From Woeseiaceae bacterium (GTDB lineage Bacteria > Pseudomonadota > Gammaproteobacteria > Steroidobacterales > Woeseiaceae), in contig DASRVH010000107.1 in NCBI GenBank assembly GCA_035655155.1, positions 25,814 to 89,813 on the forward strand: DNA of 64,000 nucleotides, read 5' to 3'. Below, piece by piece: positions 18,699-27,890 of the stretch. How positions within the stretch are numbered: position 1 is the stretch's first letter; every line of letters begins with the position of its first letter. Under the pieces are notes generated by a model. The model was not told where the DNA came from. It searched no databases and saw nothing but the letters and a program-made list of their open reading frames with translations. The position numbers and the translations under genes are program-made.

Positions 18699-18834
18699 TC
18701 TCGCGCGGCGCTTCCAATTGGCCCTCGGCCGGGGGCTGTCGGCTACGGGCTTTCGCCTGTCGCCCGCAGCCGGCATGGCTGCCGCCGAATGCTACTATCT
18801 GCTCGCCCCGATGTGTACTTGAAAGGAGACGCCG

Positions 18835-19137
18835 ATGAGCATGGCAGCCTGGCTGCGCGACGGACCGGACGGCGCGGAAATACGCCGCCGCCACCTCGCC
18901 GCTCACCTCGAGTTCGTGGAGGCGCACCTCGACACCATCCTGGTGGCCGGCCCGCTGCTGGACGGACCGGACGGCGAGATGACGGGGAGTCTCTACGTGC
19001 TCGACGTCGCCGACCGGGAGGAAGCGCTGGCGTTCCTGGAACGGGATCCCTACCACGCCGCCGGGCTGTGGGACGAGCCGGACATCCGGCCGTTCCGCGG
19101 CGTGGCCGGCCGCTGGGTCGGGGGCCGCAACTGGTAG
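18835..19137 (+). CDS. YciI-family protein
   Basis: 100 aa with the YciI-like pattern (HLAAHLEFV..., GSLYVLDVADREEALAFLERDPYHAAGLW). AAGGAG lies upstream of the ATG. Confidence 0.7.
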   Translation: MSMAAWLRDGPDGAEIRRRHLAAHLEFVEAHLDTILVAGPLLDGPDGEMTGSLYVLDVADREEALAFLERDPYHAAGLWDEPDIRPFRGVAGRWVGGRNW

Positions 19138-19184
19138 AGCGGTGCAGGTGGTCCGGGCCAGGCTATTCAGCCGGCGAGCGCGCC

Positions 19185-20783
19185 TCAGGCCAGCCCCAGC
19201 ACGCCGGGATTGATCAGGCCGTCCGGATCCACCTGCCGCTTCACCGCCTGCAGCAACGACCAGGCACCGGGATCCCTCCCCTCCCGGTAGCGGTAGAACT
19301 TGCCGATCTGGAAACTCGTGGCCCCCGCGCCGTGGAACAGATCGGCGAGTTCGTCTTTCAGCAGCGCCGCCAGCGCCGCCGCCTCCGGACTGTCCTCTCC
19401 CCGCGGCAGACGCGCGAGATGGCCGTCGTCCATCACCCGCTCGTGAAAGGCGGTGCGCTCGCCGGGCCAGTACAGGCACGGCTCGATCAGGAGCGCATGA
19501 TTGGAGATGGTGCAGAACAGGTAACCATGGTGGACGCCGAGCCGTGCCGCCTCCTCGCGGTGGCGCTCGAACAGGGCCTCCAGGCGCGCGTGCAGCGCCG
19601 CGGCCTCGGACGGCGGCACGATGCCGTGCACGGGGGCCCAGCGCTCTCCGGCCGGCCCGAGCATGCTGTTCACCTCGGCGAAGGGATTCGCCCGCATCAC
19701 CCTGGGCACGGCGTTGTCGATTTCCTTGCCCGCGCCGCCGAGCGCAGCGCGCACGGCCGCTGCGCCGGCCGCCGCGTCCGCTGCGTCCCGGCCGTCCACG
19801 CTGACATGCAGTGAATAGGGCACGTCGTCCAGGAAGCCGCGGCCGGATCTGGCGAGCTGCAGACCGTCGCGCAGTCCACGGGCGAGGGATCCGGCGCCGC
19901 CCACCACCTTGCCGAGGGTCCGGACGTCCTCGGCCAGACTGGAGCGCTTCATCCTCAGCGATTGCAGATAAGGGTCGAAGGCGAAGACCTCGGAGGCGGT
20001 CTCGCTGCGAGCCACCGCCGACATGGCCCGGAACAGGGCATCGGCGTCCGGCAGCGACCAGGAAAGGTATTCGGTTGCCGCAGGGCGGCGGATCAGGCGC
20101 AGGCTGGCTTCCGTCTTGAACCCCAGCGCCCCGCAGTCACCGGTGAACAGACCGGTGAGATCGGGCCCGTGGTAGCGGAAGAACGGCCGCGCGCGGCCCG
20201 TGGCGGCACTGCCGGTCAGGATGCGGCTGCCGTCCGCCGCGATCACCTCCAGGCCCAGCACGCTGTCCTGGGCGGCGCCGTAACGCCCCGAGCCGAGGAA
20301 GATGCTGCCCTGGGACAGCGCACCGCCCACCGTGGCGCGGATGCCCGACAGCGGCCCCCAGTAGGGCGTACGCACGCCCTCTTCGGCCAGTCGTTCGTTC
20401 AGGGCCGCCCAGGTGCAGCCGGCCTGCACCCGCACGTAGTTGTCCTCGGCGTTCACCTCGAGCACGCGGTCCAGCCGGCGGCTGTCGACGATCACCGTAT
20501 CGGCGCAGATGGGCAGGTAGGCGTCGGTGTAGGACATGCCGCCGCCGCGCGCTATGACCGCATAGCCCGCGCCAGTGGTCGCCGCCACGACCGCCGCGAG
20601 TTCGTCGGCGTCGGCCGGGGCGACCACCGCGGCCGCGGTGGCGCCGTTGCGGTACACGTCGTGGGAGAAGAATGCGCGCTCGGCTTGATCGGTCGAGACG
20701 AAACCGGCGCCACAGATGGACTCGAGCTGCCTGATCAGGCCCTGTTCTTCTGAGTACTTGTCTTCTGAGTACTTGGCGACCAT
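19185..20783 (-). CDS. FAD-linked oxidase/dehydrogenase (GlcD/PCMH-type FAD-binding domain)
   Basis: 532 aa. The N-terminal FAD-binding region is AAVVAPADADELAAVVAATTGAGYAVIARGGGMSYTD. Confidence 0.8.
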   Translation of the reverse strand: MVAKYSEDKYSEEQGLIRQLESICGAGFVSTDQAERAFFSHDVYRNGATAAAVVAPADADELAAVVAATTGAGYAVIARGGGMSYTDAYLPICADTVIVDSRRLDRVLEVNAEDNYVRVQAGCTWAALNERLAEEGVRTPYWGPLSGIRATVGGALSQGSIFLGSGRYGAAQDSVLGLEVIAADGSRILTGSAATGRARPFFRYHGPDLTGLFTGDCGALGFKTEASLRLIRRPAATEYLSWSLPDADALFRAMSAVARSETASEVFAFDPYLQSLRMKRSSLAEDVRTLGKVVGGAGSLARGLRDGLQLARSGRGFLDDVPYSLHVSVDGRDAADAAAGAAAVRAALGGAGKEIDNAVPRVMRANPFAEVNSMLGPAGERWAPVHGIVPPSEAAALHARLEALFERHREEAARLGVHHGYLFCTISNHALLIEPCLYWPGERTAFHERVMDDGHLARLPRGEDSPEAAALAALLKDELADLFHGAGATSFQIGKFYRYREGRDPGAWSLLQAVKRQVDPDGLINPGVLGLA

Positions 20784-20901
20784 GGGGCGGTTTCGTGAGC
20801 GCTCGCGCGTCAGTCGGTGTCAGGATGGCCTGACACTTTAGGTCCTCGCCCGCGAAAGTCAAATTCCGGCCGAACGGCTGCGACAGGGCCGGACCTCGCC
20901 C

Positions 20902-20937
20902 AATAAAAACCCGGGTGACCCTGACGGGCCACCCGGG
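20902..20937 (-). terminator. Intrinsic terminator downstream of the 20986..21474 gene
   Basis: On the minus strand, CCCGGGTG-12 nt-CACCCGGG (8-bp stem, 20910..20937) is followed by TTTTTATT (20902..20909). It lies 49 nt after the stop codon. Confidence 0.7.
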
Positions 20938-20985
20938 CGGGTCCGCACGGAGATGATGCGCGGATCGCGAGACAGGTCGGACCCG

Positions 20986-21474
20986 CTATTGCGGGCTGGG
21001 TATCGGCCTGTCCAGCTCTTCGACCCCGGCAGCCGGCACGTCGGCCGGCTGCGGAGCCTTTTGTTCGTCGGCCTCCCTGCGGCCGAAATGGACCATGAGC
21101 GTGTCGACGTCGCGGTCAGTGATCTCGCGGATCGAGGCGATCCGCAGCTCACGCTGCACCGGATCGTCGACGAGGATCGCATCGCCGCCCCGGGGGCAGA
21201 GACGCGTATCCCGCGTCCTGAAAGCGATTCGCCAGTCGGTCCTGAGGCTCGTGGCGGCACCGGTCACCGTGACCAGGTAAGCTCGCTTGCGGGAGGGTCC
21301 CCGCAGGATCAGGTGCGACCGATCGAGCGGAGTGTAGTCTCTGACGGATCGCGCGAAGATGCAATCGTTTGCGGGCTCGAGGAGTGCCTCCGGCGAGGTT
21401 TCACCGCCCTCACCAGCGTCCGCCAAGAGCGAGAAAAAGAATAATAAAACTGCAATAAATATTTGATATTTCAT
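20986..21474 (-). CDS. Small secreted protein of unknown function (DUF6491-like pattern)
   Basis: Signal peptide MKYQIFIAVLLFFFSLLADA. The mature part has CIFARSVRDYTPLDRSHLILRG...YLVTV...LCPRGGDAILV, which resembles the DUF6491 family as I recall it. Confidence 0.6.
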   Translation of the reverse strand: MKYQIFIAVLLFFFSLLADAGEGGETSPEALLEPANDCIFARSVRDYTPLDRSHLILRGPSRKRAYLVTVTGAATSLRTDWRIAFRTRDTRLCPRGGDAILVDDPVQRELRIASIREITDRDVDTLMVHFGRREADEQKAPQPADVPAAGVEELDRPIPSPQ

Positions 21475-21580
21475 TACTTATACCGAGATATACGGCCTCA
21501 CCAACTCCGCTCTCAACGAGCTGTGGCAGAAATAAGACAGCGACGGTGGCCGCCGGTTCCCGGCGCCGGGTGCGCGCCGA

Positions 21581-22429
21581 TCAGTCCCGGCCGGCAGCCA
21601 CCGGACGATCCGGATCACGGATCCACTCGCTCCAGCTGCCCGGATACAGTCGGGGCTCCGGCAACCCGGCGACGGCGGCAGCGAGGATGGTGTGGCAGGC
21701 GGTGACGCCGGAGCCGCACAGCGAGACGGCGTTGCCGTCGTCGCCCACGCCGAGGCTCCCTAGCCGGGCAGCCAGCTCGCGCGCGGGCAGGAAGCCGCCG
21801 TCTTCGTCCAGGTTGGCGGAGAACGGGTGATTGAGCGATCCCGGGATATGCCCGGCCACGGGGTCGATCGGCTCGTGGCGGCCCAGGAAGCGCTCTGGCG
21901 ACCGCGCATCGACCACCGGGATTCCGGCCGCCAGTGCCTCGATCACCGCGGCCGTCCCGGCTACCCGCTCCGGATCCGGCCGCACCGGATATGCCGGCGC
22001 GCGGGGCGGTGACGGCTCGGCGGTGGTCAGCGGCAGTCCGGCAGCGCGCCAGGCATCGATGCCGCCGTCCAGGACCCGCCGCGGGCCGTGGCCGACCCAG
22101 CCCAGCATCCACCAGAGCCGCGAGGCCAGCGCCCCGGAGGCATCGTCATAGGCCACCACCAGCGTATCGGGATCGATGCCCCAGCCGCCGAGCACCGCGG
22201 CGAAGTCGTCGGGGTCGGGCAACGGATGGCGGCCGCTCAGCGGCGTCACGGGGCCTGCCAGATCGTCGTCGAGATGGGCGTAGACCGCCCCGGGCAGGTG
22301 CCCCTCCCCGTACGCCCTGCGCCCGGCGTCCGGGTCCGACAGCACGAAACGGCAGTCCACGACGCGCAGGCGCTCGTCCGCCGCGAGGGCAGCGAGTTCG
22401 GCAGGGTCTATGAGCGGGGATTCGGACAT
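21581..22429 (-). CDS. sseA: Thiosulfate/3-mercaptopyruvate sulfurtransferase (tandem rhodanese)
   Basis: From ATG 22429 (MSESPLIDPAELAAL...) there are two rhodanese domains. The active-site loop is VSLCGSGVTACH, and the C-terminus has LYPGSWSEW. Confidence 0.8.
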   Translation of the reverse strand: MSESPLIDPAELAALAADERLRVVDCRFVLSDPDAGRRAYGEGHLPGAVYAHLDDDLAGPVTPLSGRHPLPDPDDFAAVLGGWGIDPDTLVVAYDDASGALASRLWWMLGWVGHGPRRVLDGGIDAWRAAGLPLTTAEPSPPRAPAYPVRPDPERVAGTAAVIEALAAGIPVVDARSPERFLGRHEPIDPVAGHIPGSLNHPFSANLDEDGGFLPARELAARLGSLGVGDDGNAVSLCGSGVTACHTILAAAVAGLPEPRLYPGSWSEWIRDPDRPVAAGRD

Positions 22430-22560
22430 CGGGTGGCTGACGGTTGCCGTTTTCGCTGCATTGCAGCACCTTGTCACTCCGGCGTCGGTCAGTGACAATA
22501 ACGTGTTTGCATGTGTCATCCAACAAGGGTGCGGGGACGCGCCCCCGAGGAGAAGTATTC

Positions 22561-23310
22561 GTGGACAAGATTCTGGTAGGACTGAAGCGGGTCGTGGACT
22601 ACAACGTCCGCGTCCGGGTCAAATCGGACGGCAGCGGCGTGGAGACCGAAGGGGTGAAGATGAGCATCAACCCCTTCGACGAGATCGCGCTCGAGGAGGC
22701 GCTGCGCATCAAGGAGCGCGGCGAGGCCAGCGAGGTGGTGGTGGTCTCCATCGGGCCCGGCGAGGCCCAGCAGCAGCTGCGCACCGGACTGGCCATGGGC
22801 GCCGACCGTGCCATCCTGGTCGAGACCGGTGAGGCCGTAGACCCCCTCAGCGCCGCCAGGGTCTTCAAGGCCCTGATCGACAAGGAAGAGCCGGGACTCG
22901 TCATCCTCGGCAAGCAGGCCATCGACAACGACGCCAACCAGACCGGTCAGATGCTGGCCGCGCTCTGGGACCGGCCCCAGGCGACGTTCTGCTCGGGCCT
23001 GGAACTCGCGGACGGCAAGGCGAAGATCACCCGGGAGGTGGACGTCGGGCTGGAGGTGATCGAGGTGGACCTGCCGGCCGTGGTCACCGCGGATCTGCGT
23101 CTGAACGAGCCGCGCTACGTGAAGCTGCCCGACATCATGAAGGCCAAGAAGAAACCGCTCGAGACCATGAGCACCGACGACCTGGGGGTGAGCGTGGGAG
23201 CCGACTTCGAGATCACCGCCTACGAGCCGCCGCCCCAGCGCCAGAAGGGCATCATGGTGGAAGACGTCGCGGGACTCGTAAATGCACTGAAGGAAAAGGG
23301 GCTGGTCTGA
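22561..23310 (+). CDS. etfB: Electron transfer flavoprotein beta subunit
   Basis: GTG at 22561 is preceded by GAGGAG. KILVGLKRVVDYNVRVRVKSDGSGVETEGVKMSINPFDEIALEEA is the canonical EtfB N-terminus. Confidence 0.9.
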   Translation: MDKILVGLKRVVDYNVRVRVKSDGSGVETEGVKMSINPFDEIALEEALRIKERGEASEVVVVSIGPGEAQQQLRTGLAMGADRAILVETGEAVDPLSAARVFKALIDKEEPGLVILGKQAIDNDANQTGQMLAALWDRPQATFCSGLELADGKAKITREVDVGLEVIEVDLPAVVTADLRLNEPRYVKLPDIMKAKKKPLETMSTDDLGVSVGADFEITAYEPPPQRQKGIMVEDVAGLVNALKEKGLV

Positions 23311-24254
23311 TGGCTAAAGTACTGATCATTGCGGAACACGACGGGCAATCCCTGAACCCGAGCACGCCGAAGTGCGTGAAATGCGCCTCCGGCATCGAGG
23401 GCGCCGAGATTCACGTCGCCGTATTCGCGAAGGACGCCTCCGCCGTGGCGGAACAGGCATCGGCCATCGACGGTGTGGCGAAGGTGCTAACGGTGGAGAA
23501 CGAGGCCAACGAGCACGCCCTCGGCGCCGTCCTGGCCCCCCAGGTCGCCGAACTCGCCGACGGTTACACCCACGTACTCGGCGCCTCCACCAGCTTCGGC
23601 AAGGACCTCATGCCCCGGGTCGCGGCGCTGCTCGGCGTGAATCAGATATCCGACGTCATGGAGGTCCTGGGACCGTACGAGTTCAAGCGGCCCATCTACG
23701 CCGGCAACGCCATCATCACCGTGAAGGCGCCGGAGGACAAGACGCTGATCGCCACGGTGCGCGCAGCCTCCTACCAGGCGGCGGCGGACGGCGGCAGTGC
23801 CGAGGTCGAGGCGGCCTCGGTCAGCGCGGAGCTGCCCACCCATACCCGCTGGCTGGAACTCCAGGCGGGCTCGTCGGACCGGCCGGATCTGGCCACCGCC
23901 CCGCGCGTGGTATCCGGTGGTCGGGCGCTCGGCAGCGAAGAGAACTTCGAGGTCATCTTCAAGCTGGCCGACAAGCTCGGCGCGGCCGTGGGCGCCTCCC
24001 GGGCGGCCGTGGATGCGGGCTACGTGCCCAACGAGCTGCAGGTGGGACAGACCGGCAAGATCATCGCGCCGGAGCTCTACATCGCCATCGGCATCTCGGG
24101 CGCAATCCAGCATCTCACCGGCATCAAGGATGCCGGCACCATCGTCGCGATCAACAAGGACGAGGACGCGCCCATCTTCGAGGTGGCGGACATCGGTCTG
24201 GTGGCCGACCTGTTCAAGGCCATCCCGGAGCTCGAGGACGAGCTGGGCAGCTGA
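23310..24254 (+). CDS. etfA: Electron transfer flavoprotein alpha subunit
   Basis: The start shares one base with the etfB stop. The C-terminal FAD-binding signature is [37 protein letters not shown]. Confidence 0.9.
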   Translation: MAKVLIIAEHDGQSLNPSTPKCVKCASGIEGAEIHVAVFAKDASAVAEQASAIDGVAKVLTVENEANEHALGAVLAPQVAELADGYTHVLGASTSFGKDLMPRVAALLGVNQISDVMEVLGPYEFKRPIYAGNAIITVKAPEDKTLIATVRAASYQAAADGGSAEVEAASVSAELPTHTRWLELQAGSSDRPDLATAPRVVSGGRALGSEENFEVIFKLADKLGAAVGASRAAVDAGYVPNELQVGQTGKIIAPELYIAIGISGAIQHLTGIKDAGTIVAINKDEDAPIFEVADIGLVADLFKAIPELEDELGS

Positions 24255-24260
24255 CCGGCC

Positions 24261-24301
24261 GCGGGTGCGGCGGGCGGTCTAGCGCCGTCCGCCGCACCCG
24301 C
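24261..24301. terminator. GC-rich 13-bp perfect hairpin between convergent etfA and membrane-protein genes (no U-tract)
   Basis: GCGGGTGCGGCGG (24261..24273) and CCGCCGCACCCGC (24289..24301) are exact reverse complements. No T-run follows on either strand, so terminator function is uncertain. Confidence 0.35.
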
Positions 24302-24359
24302 GCCTTGCCACCGGCTTGGTGGGAGGCGCTGAAAGGCTGCGAATTAACGGGACAGGACG

Positions 24360-25025
24360 CTACACCGGCCGCTGAAATATCCCGAGAGCCGCCTCGAGTA
24401 CCAGCGCGACCCAGATCGCGATGACGAACGGGCGCGCCCGGGTCAGACTGCGCTGGATGGCCCCCTCGGTCGCCGGCCGGGACCCCTCCTCCATCAGACT
24501 GGCGAACGCGGGGCCGAAGGGCTTCAGCGCGATGCGGATGGCCAGTCCGCAGCCCACCGTGACGGCGAACAGCAGGAGTTTCAGCGCGATCCAGTCGCCG
24601 CGGATCCAGCCGGGATCCACGATGTGCCACAGGGCCACCCCCGCCGTGGCGGCGATGACCAGGAGACGCAGCCCGAAGTCGGTGCGCTGGAGTGCGCGCG
24701 CCGCCGGCGGCGCGTGCACGAAATGGACCGCCAGCACCAGCGCCAGCCAGACGAACGTGGCGACCCACATCAGGGCCAGTGCCCCATCGGACAGCGGCAA
24801 CTGCTGACGGATGGCGGCCAGGTGCAGGCCGGCGGGCAGGATGAGCACCATGCAGATGCGCGGCGACATGTCGACTGCCAGCATGATGGCCGCCGCGGTC
24901 TTGCGCGCCTCGCGCCCGAGGTCGGGATTCGAGACGAAGCGGCTGGCGTAGAACACGCCCAGATCGCCGCCGAGCCAGTAGGCGAACAGGATCACGTGCA
25001 CGAGCACGAGCAGATCGTAGAGCAT
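24360..25025 (-). CDS. Integral membrane protein of unknown function (paralog A)
   Basis: From ATG 25025 (MLYDLLVLVHVILFAYWLGGDLGVFYA...) the product is 221 aa with about 6 hydrophobic spans. The start shares one base with the upstream oxidoreductase stop. It is clearly homologous to the 31617..32309 product. Confidence 0.7.
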   Translation of the reverse strand: MLYDLLVLVHVILFAYWLGGDLGVFYASRFVSNPDLGREARKTAAAIMLAVDMSPRICMVLILPAGLHLAAIRQQLPLSDGALALMWVATFVWLALVLAVHFVHAPPAARALQRTDFGLRLLVIAATAGVALWHIVDPGWIRGDWIALKLLLFAVTVGCGLAIRIALKPFGPAFASLMEEGSRPATEGAIQRSLTRARPFVIAIWVALVLEAALGIFQRPV

Positions 25026-26041
25026 CAGCCTGCCTCCGCCACCCTGACCAGGGCCTTGCCGACATTCTCGCCCCGCATCAGGCGGCAGAACGCCTCCGGC
25101 GCATTCCGAAGCCCGTCCGTGACGTCCTCCCGGGCCCGGATCAGGCCGTCCCGGTACCAGGCCGCCGCAGCCGCCGCGAATTCGTCCCAGCGGTCGTAGT
25201 AGTCGTAGACCACGAGCCCGTGGATATGGGCCCGGGCACCGATCACCGGTCCGAGATTCGGCCCCGGCGGAGGCTCGCCGCTGCGATTGTACTGGTCGAT
25301 CATTCCGCAGAGCACGACGCGCGCGCCGAGCGCGAGATTGCCCATCACGGCCGCGAGGGTATCCCCCGCGACGTTGTCGAAATAGACATCGATGCCGTCC
25401 GGGCAGGTGACCGCCAGGCGTTCTCGCACATCCTCCCGCCGATAGTCGATGCACTCGTCGAAGCCGAAGGTCCCGGTCACCAGCTCGCACTTCTCCGCCG
25501 AACCGGCGATGCCGACCGCCCGCGCGCCGGAGAGCCGTGCGATCTGGCCGACCATGCTGCCGACCGGGCCCGCCGCCGCGGATACCACCACCGTCTCGCC
25601 GGCGCCGGGACGGGCCAGGAATTTCAACCCGGCCCAGGCGGTCAGACCGGGCATGCCGAGAATGCCGAGGGCGAGCGACGGGGGCGGCCCGTCCGCATCC
25701 AGGACGCGCACCCCCTCCCCGTCCGAGAGGCCGTACTCCTGCCAGCCGTTGCGGTCGGCGACGAGCATCCCGGGCCGGTAATCCGGATGCCGGGAGGCCA
25801 CGATCTCCGACACGGTGCTGCCCACCACCACGTCGCCCGGCCCGACCTTGTCGGCGGAGATATGACGGCCGGAGATCACGCCGCGCACGTAGGGGTCGAG
25901 CGACAGCCAGAGCGTACGCGAGACGAACTCGCCCGGACCGGCCTGCGGCACCTCACCCTCGGTCACGCGGAAGTCTTCCGGCACCGGGACGCCCTCCGGA
26001 ACGCGCGCGAGGACAACCCGGCGATTGACGGACGCGGTCAC
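25025..26041 (-). CDS. NADP-dependent oxidoreductase, MDR superfamily (CurA/YncB/alkenal reductase-like)
   Basis: From GTG 26041 (VTASVNRRVVLARVPEGVPVPEDF...). Nucleotide-binding motif SAAAGPVGSMVGQIARLSGARAVG; 338 aa. The longer track ORF is shadow over the peroxiredoxin gene. Confidence 0.8.
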   Translation of the reverse strand: MTASVNRRVVLARVPEGVPVPEDFRVTEGEVPQAGPGEFVSRTLWLSLDPYVRGVISGRHISADKVGPGDVVVGSTVSEIVASRHPDYRPGMLVADRNGWQEYGLSDGEGVRVLDADGPPPSLALGILGMPGLTAWAGLKFLARPGAGETVVVSAAAGPVGSMVGQIARLSGARAVGIAGSAEKCELVTGTFGFDECIDYRREDVRERLAVTCPDGIDVYFDNVAGDTLAAVMGNLALGARVVLCGMIDQYNRSGEPPPGPNLGPVIGARAHIHGLVVYDYYDRWDEFAAAAAAWYRDGLIRAREDVTDGLRNAPEAFCRLMRGENVGKALVRVAEAG

Positions 26042-26049
26042 TGCGTCGC

Positions 26050-26532
26050 TCAGACCGCCGCCAGCATCGTCTCCGCCGAACTCACCTCGAACTGCCCGGG
26101 CGCCTCGACATTGACCACTTTCGCCACGCCGTCGTCGACCAGGATGGCGAAACGCTGGCTGCGCTGCCCCATACCGAATCCGCTGGCGTCGAGTTCGAGC
26201 CCGAGTTTCCGCGTGTAGTCGCCGTTGCCGTCCGCGAGCATCAGCACCTTGTCGCCGACGCCCCGGTCCTTGCCCCAGGCGCCCATCACGAACGCGTCGT
26301 TGACCGACATGCAGGCGATGGTGTCGACGCCCTTCCCGGCGAAATCCGCGGCATGTTCGACATAGCCCGGCAGATGGTTCATGGAACAGGTGGGCGTGAA
26401 GGCGCCCGGCACCGCGAACAGCACCACCTTCTTGCCGCTGAACAGCTCGTCGGCCGTCATCTGTCCGGGACCCTCGGACGTCATTACGCCGAACGTTCCC
26501 TCGGGCATACGTTCTCCGGGACTGATAGCCAT
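26050..26532 (-). CDS. Prx5-type peroxiredoxin
   Basis: 160 aa. FAVPGAFTPTCS is the peroxidatic Cys motif, and the overall layout is Prx5/PrxD-like. Confidence 0.85.
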   Translation of the reverse strand: MAISPGERMPEGTFGVMTSEGPGQMTADELFSGKKVVLFAVPGAFTPTCSMNHLPGYVEHAADFAGKGVDTIACMSVNDAFVMGAWGKDRGVGDKVLMLADGNGDYTRKLGLELDASGFGMGQRSQRFAILVDDGVAKVVNVEAPGQFEVSSAETMLAAV

Positions 26533-26626
26533 TTTGCTCTCTCCTCTGTGGAAACCGTTGCGCGGCGGTGTCGAAACGCACCCCCGCTGATTCTTCTTCG
26601 CGGCCGTCCCCTCCGGCAGTCATCCG

Positions 26627-27889
26627 TCAGTCGTCGACGAGGAACAGGGACAGCTCGGGCCAGAAGGATACCACCGCGAGGCCGACGAGCATCAACAGAA
26701 GGAACGGCACCACCGACCGGCAGATGAGCCAGAAGTTCTCCCGGAACGCCCCGAGCGCCACGATCAGGTTCAGACCCAGCGGCGGCGTCAGATAGCCGAT
26801 CTCGAGATTGACCACCATGATGATGCCGAAGTGCACGGGATCGATGCCCTGGGCGGCCGCCAGCGGCATCAGCATCGGCGCGAGGATCAGTATGGCCGAG
26901 CCGATGTCCATGATGCAGCCGACGATCAGCAGGAAGACATTGACGATCAGCAGGAAAGCCACGCGGCTGTCGATCTGCCCGCTGAGCCAGTCCACCAGTT
27001 GTTCCGGCACTTTCTGGTAGGTGAAGAATACATTCAGCGCCAGCGCCAGCATCAGCACCGGGAACAGCCCGCCCAGCAGTCGCCCGGTGTCCGCCATGAC
27101 CTCGGCGACGTCCCTGAGGCCCAGTTGCCGATGCACCAGCACCTCGACCAGCAGCGCGTAGACGACGGCGACGGCGGCCGATTCCGTGGCGGTGAAGTGT
27201 CCCGTATAGATGCCGCCCAGGATGATCACCGGCATCAGCAGCGCCAGCACGCCGTGCCAGGCGGCCTCGCGCACCTCCGCATACACCACTGGCTGACGGT
27301 CGCGATGCCAGTTCACGGCCACCGCGTAGGCCGCCATCAGGCCGGTCAGCAGCAGCGCCGGGCCGAGTCCGGCGATGAACAGATCGGCGATCGAGGTCTG
27401 CGTCATCACCCCATACAGGATGAGCGGGATCGATGGCGGCACGATGATGCCCAGCGTGCCCGCCGAGGTGAGGGCGCCGAGCGAGAAGCGCTTGCCGTAG
27501 CCGGCCTGCAGCAGCGCCGGATACATCACCGCGCCCACCGCGAGCAGCGTGACCGTGCCCGAACCGGAGATGGCCGCGAAGATGGCGCAGGAGAGCACGG
27601 TGGCGATGGCCAGGCCGCCGGGCACGGGTCCCGTGAGCGCCTTGACCAGTCGCACCAGCCGCATCGCCATGCCGCCCTTGGCCATGATATTGCCGGCCAG
27701 GATGAACAGGGGTATCGACAGGAGGACCTCCTTGTTCAGGGCGCCCCAGGCGTCGAGCACGATGAAGCTGAGTTCGTCCTCGGTATAGAACAGGTACAGG
27801 TAGGCGACGGCGGTGCCGAGGATGACCAGCAGGTTCTGCCGCAGTGCCAGCAGCACGAGAACGAGCGCAAGCAGCCAGAGCGCGCCCAT
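26627..27889 (-). CDS. dctM: TRAP transporter large permease
   Basis: 420 aa polytopic protein with typical DctM blocks (LLSIPLFILAGNIM, GTLGIIVPPSIPLILYG). It directly follows the small permease gene. Confidence 0.9.
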   Translation of the reverse strand: MGALWLLALVLVLLALRQNLLVILGTAVAYLYLFYTEDELSFIVLDAWGALNKEVLLSIPLFILAGNIMAKGGMAMRLVRLVKALTGPVPGGLAIATVLSCAIFAAISGSGTVTLLAVGAVMYPALLQAGYGKRFSLGALTSAGTLGIIVPPSIPLILYGVMTQTSIADLFIAGLGPALLLTGLMAAYAVAVNWHRDRQPVVYAEVREAAWHGVLALLMPVIILGGIYTGHFTATESAAVAVVYALLVEVLVHRQLGLRDVAEVMADTGRLLGGLFPVLMLALALNVFFTYQKVPEQLVDWLSGQIDSRVAFLLIVNVFLLIVGCIMDIGSAILILAPMLMPLAAAQGIDPVHFGIIMVVNLEIGYLTPPLGLNLIVALGAFRENFWLICRSVVPFLLLMLVGLAVVSFWPELSLFLVDD

Positions 27890-27890
27890 G

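Noticed and set aside
16941-19814. 957-aa plus-strand ORF spanning the ACAD, MaoC, yciI and FAD-oxidase loci
   Set aside because: It is antisense to three well-supported genes and in frame-conflict with yciI. Its composition is low-complexity and Arg/Ala-rich.
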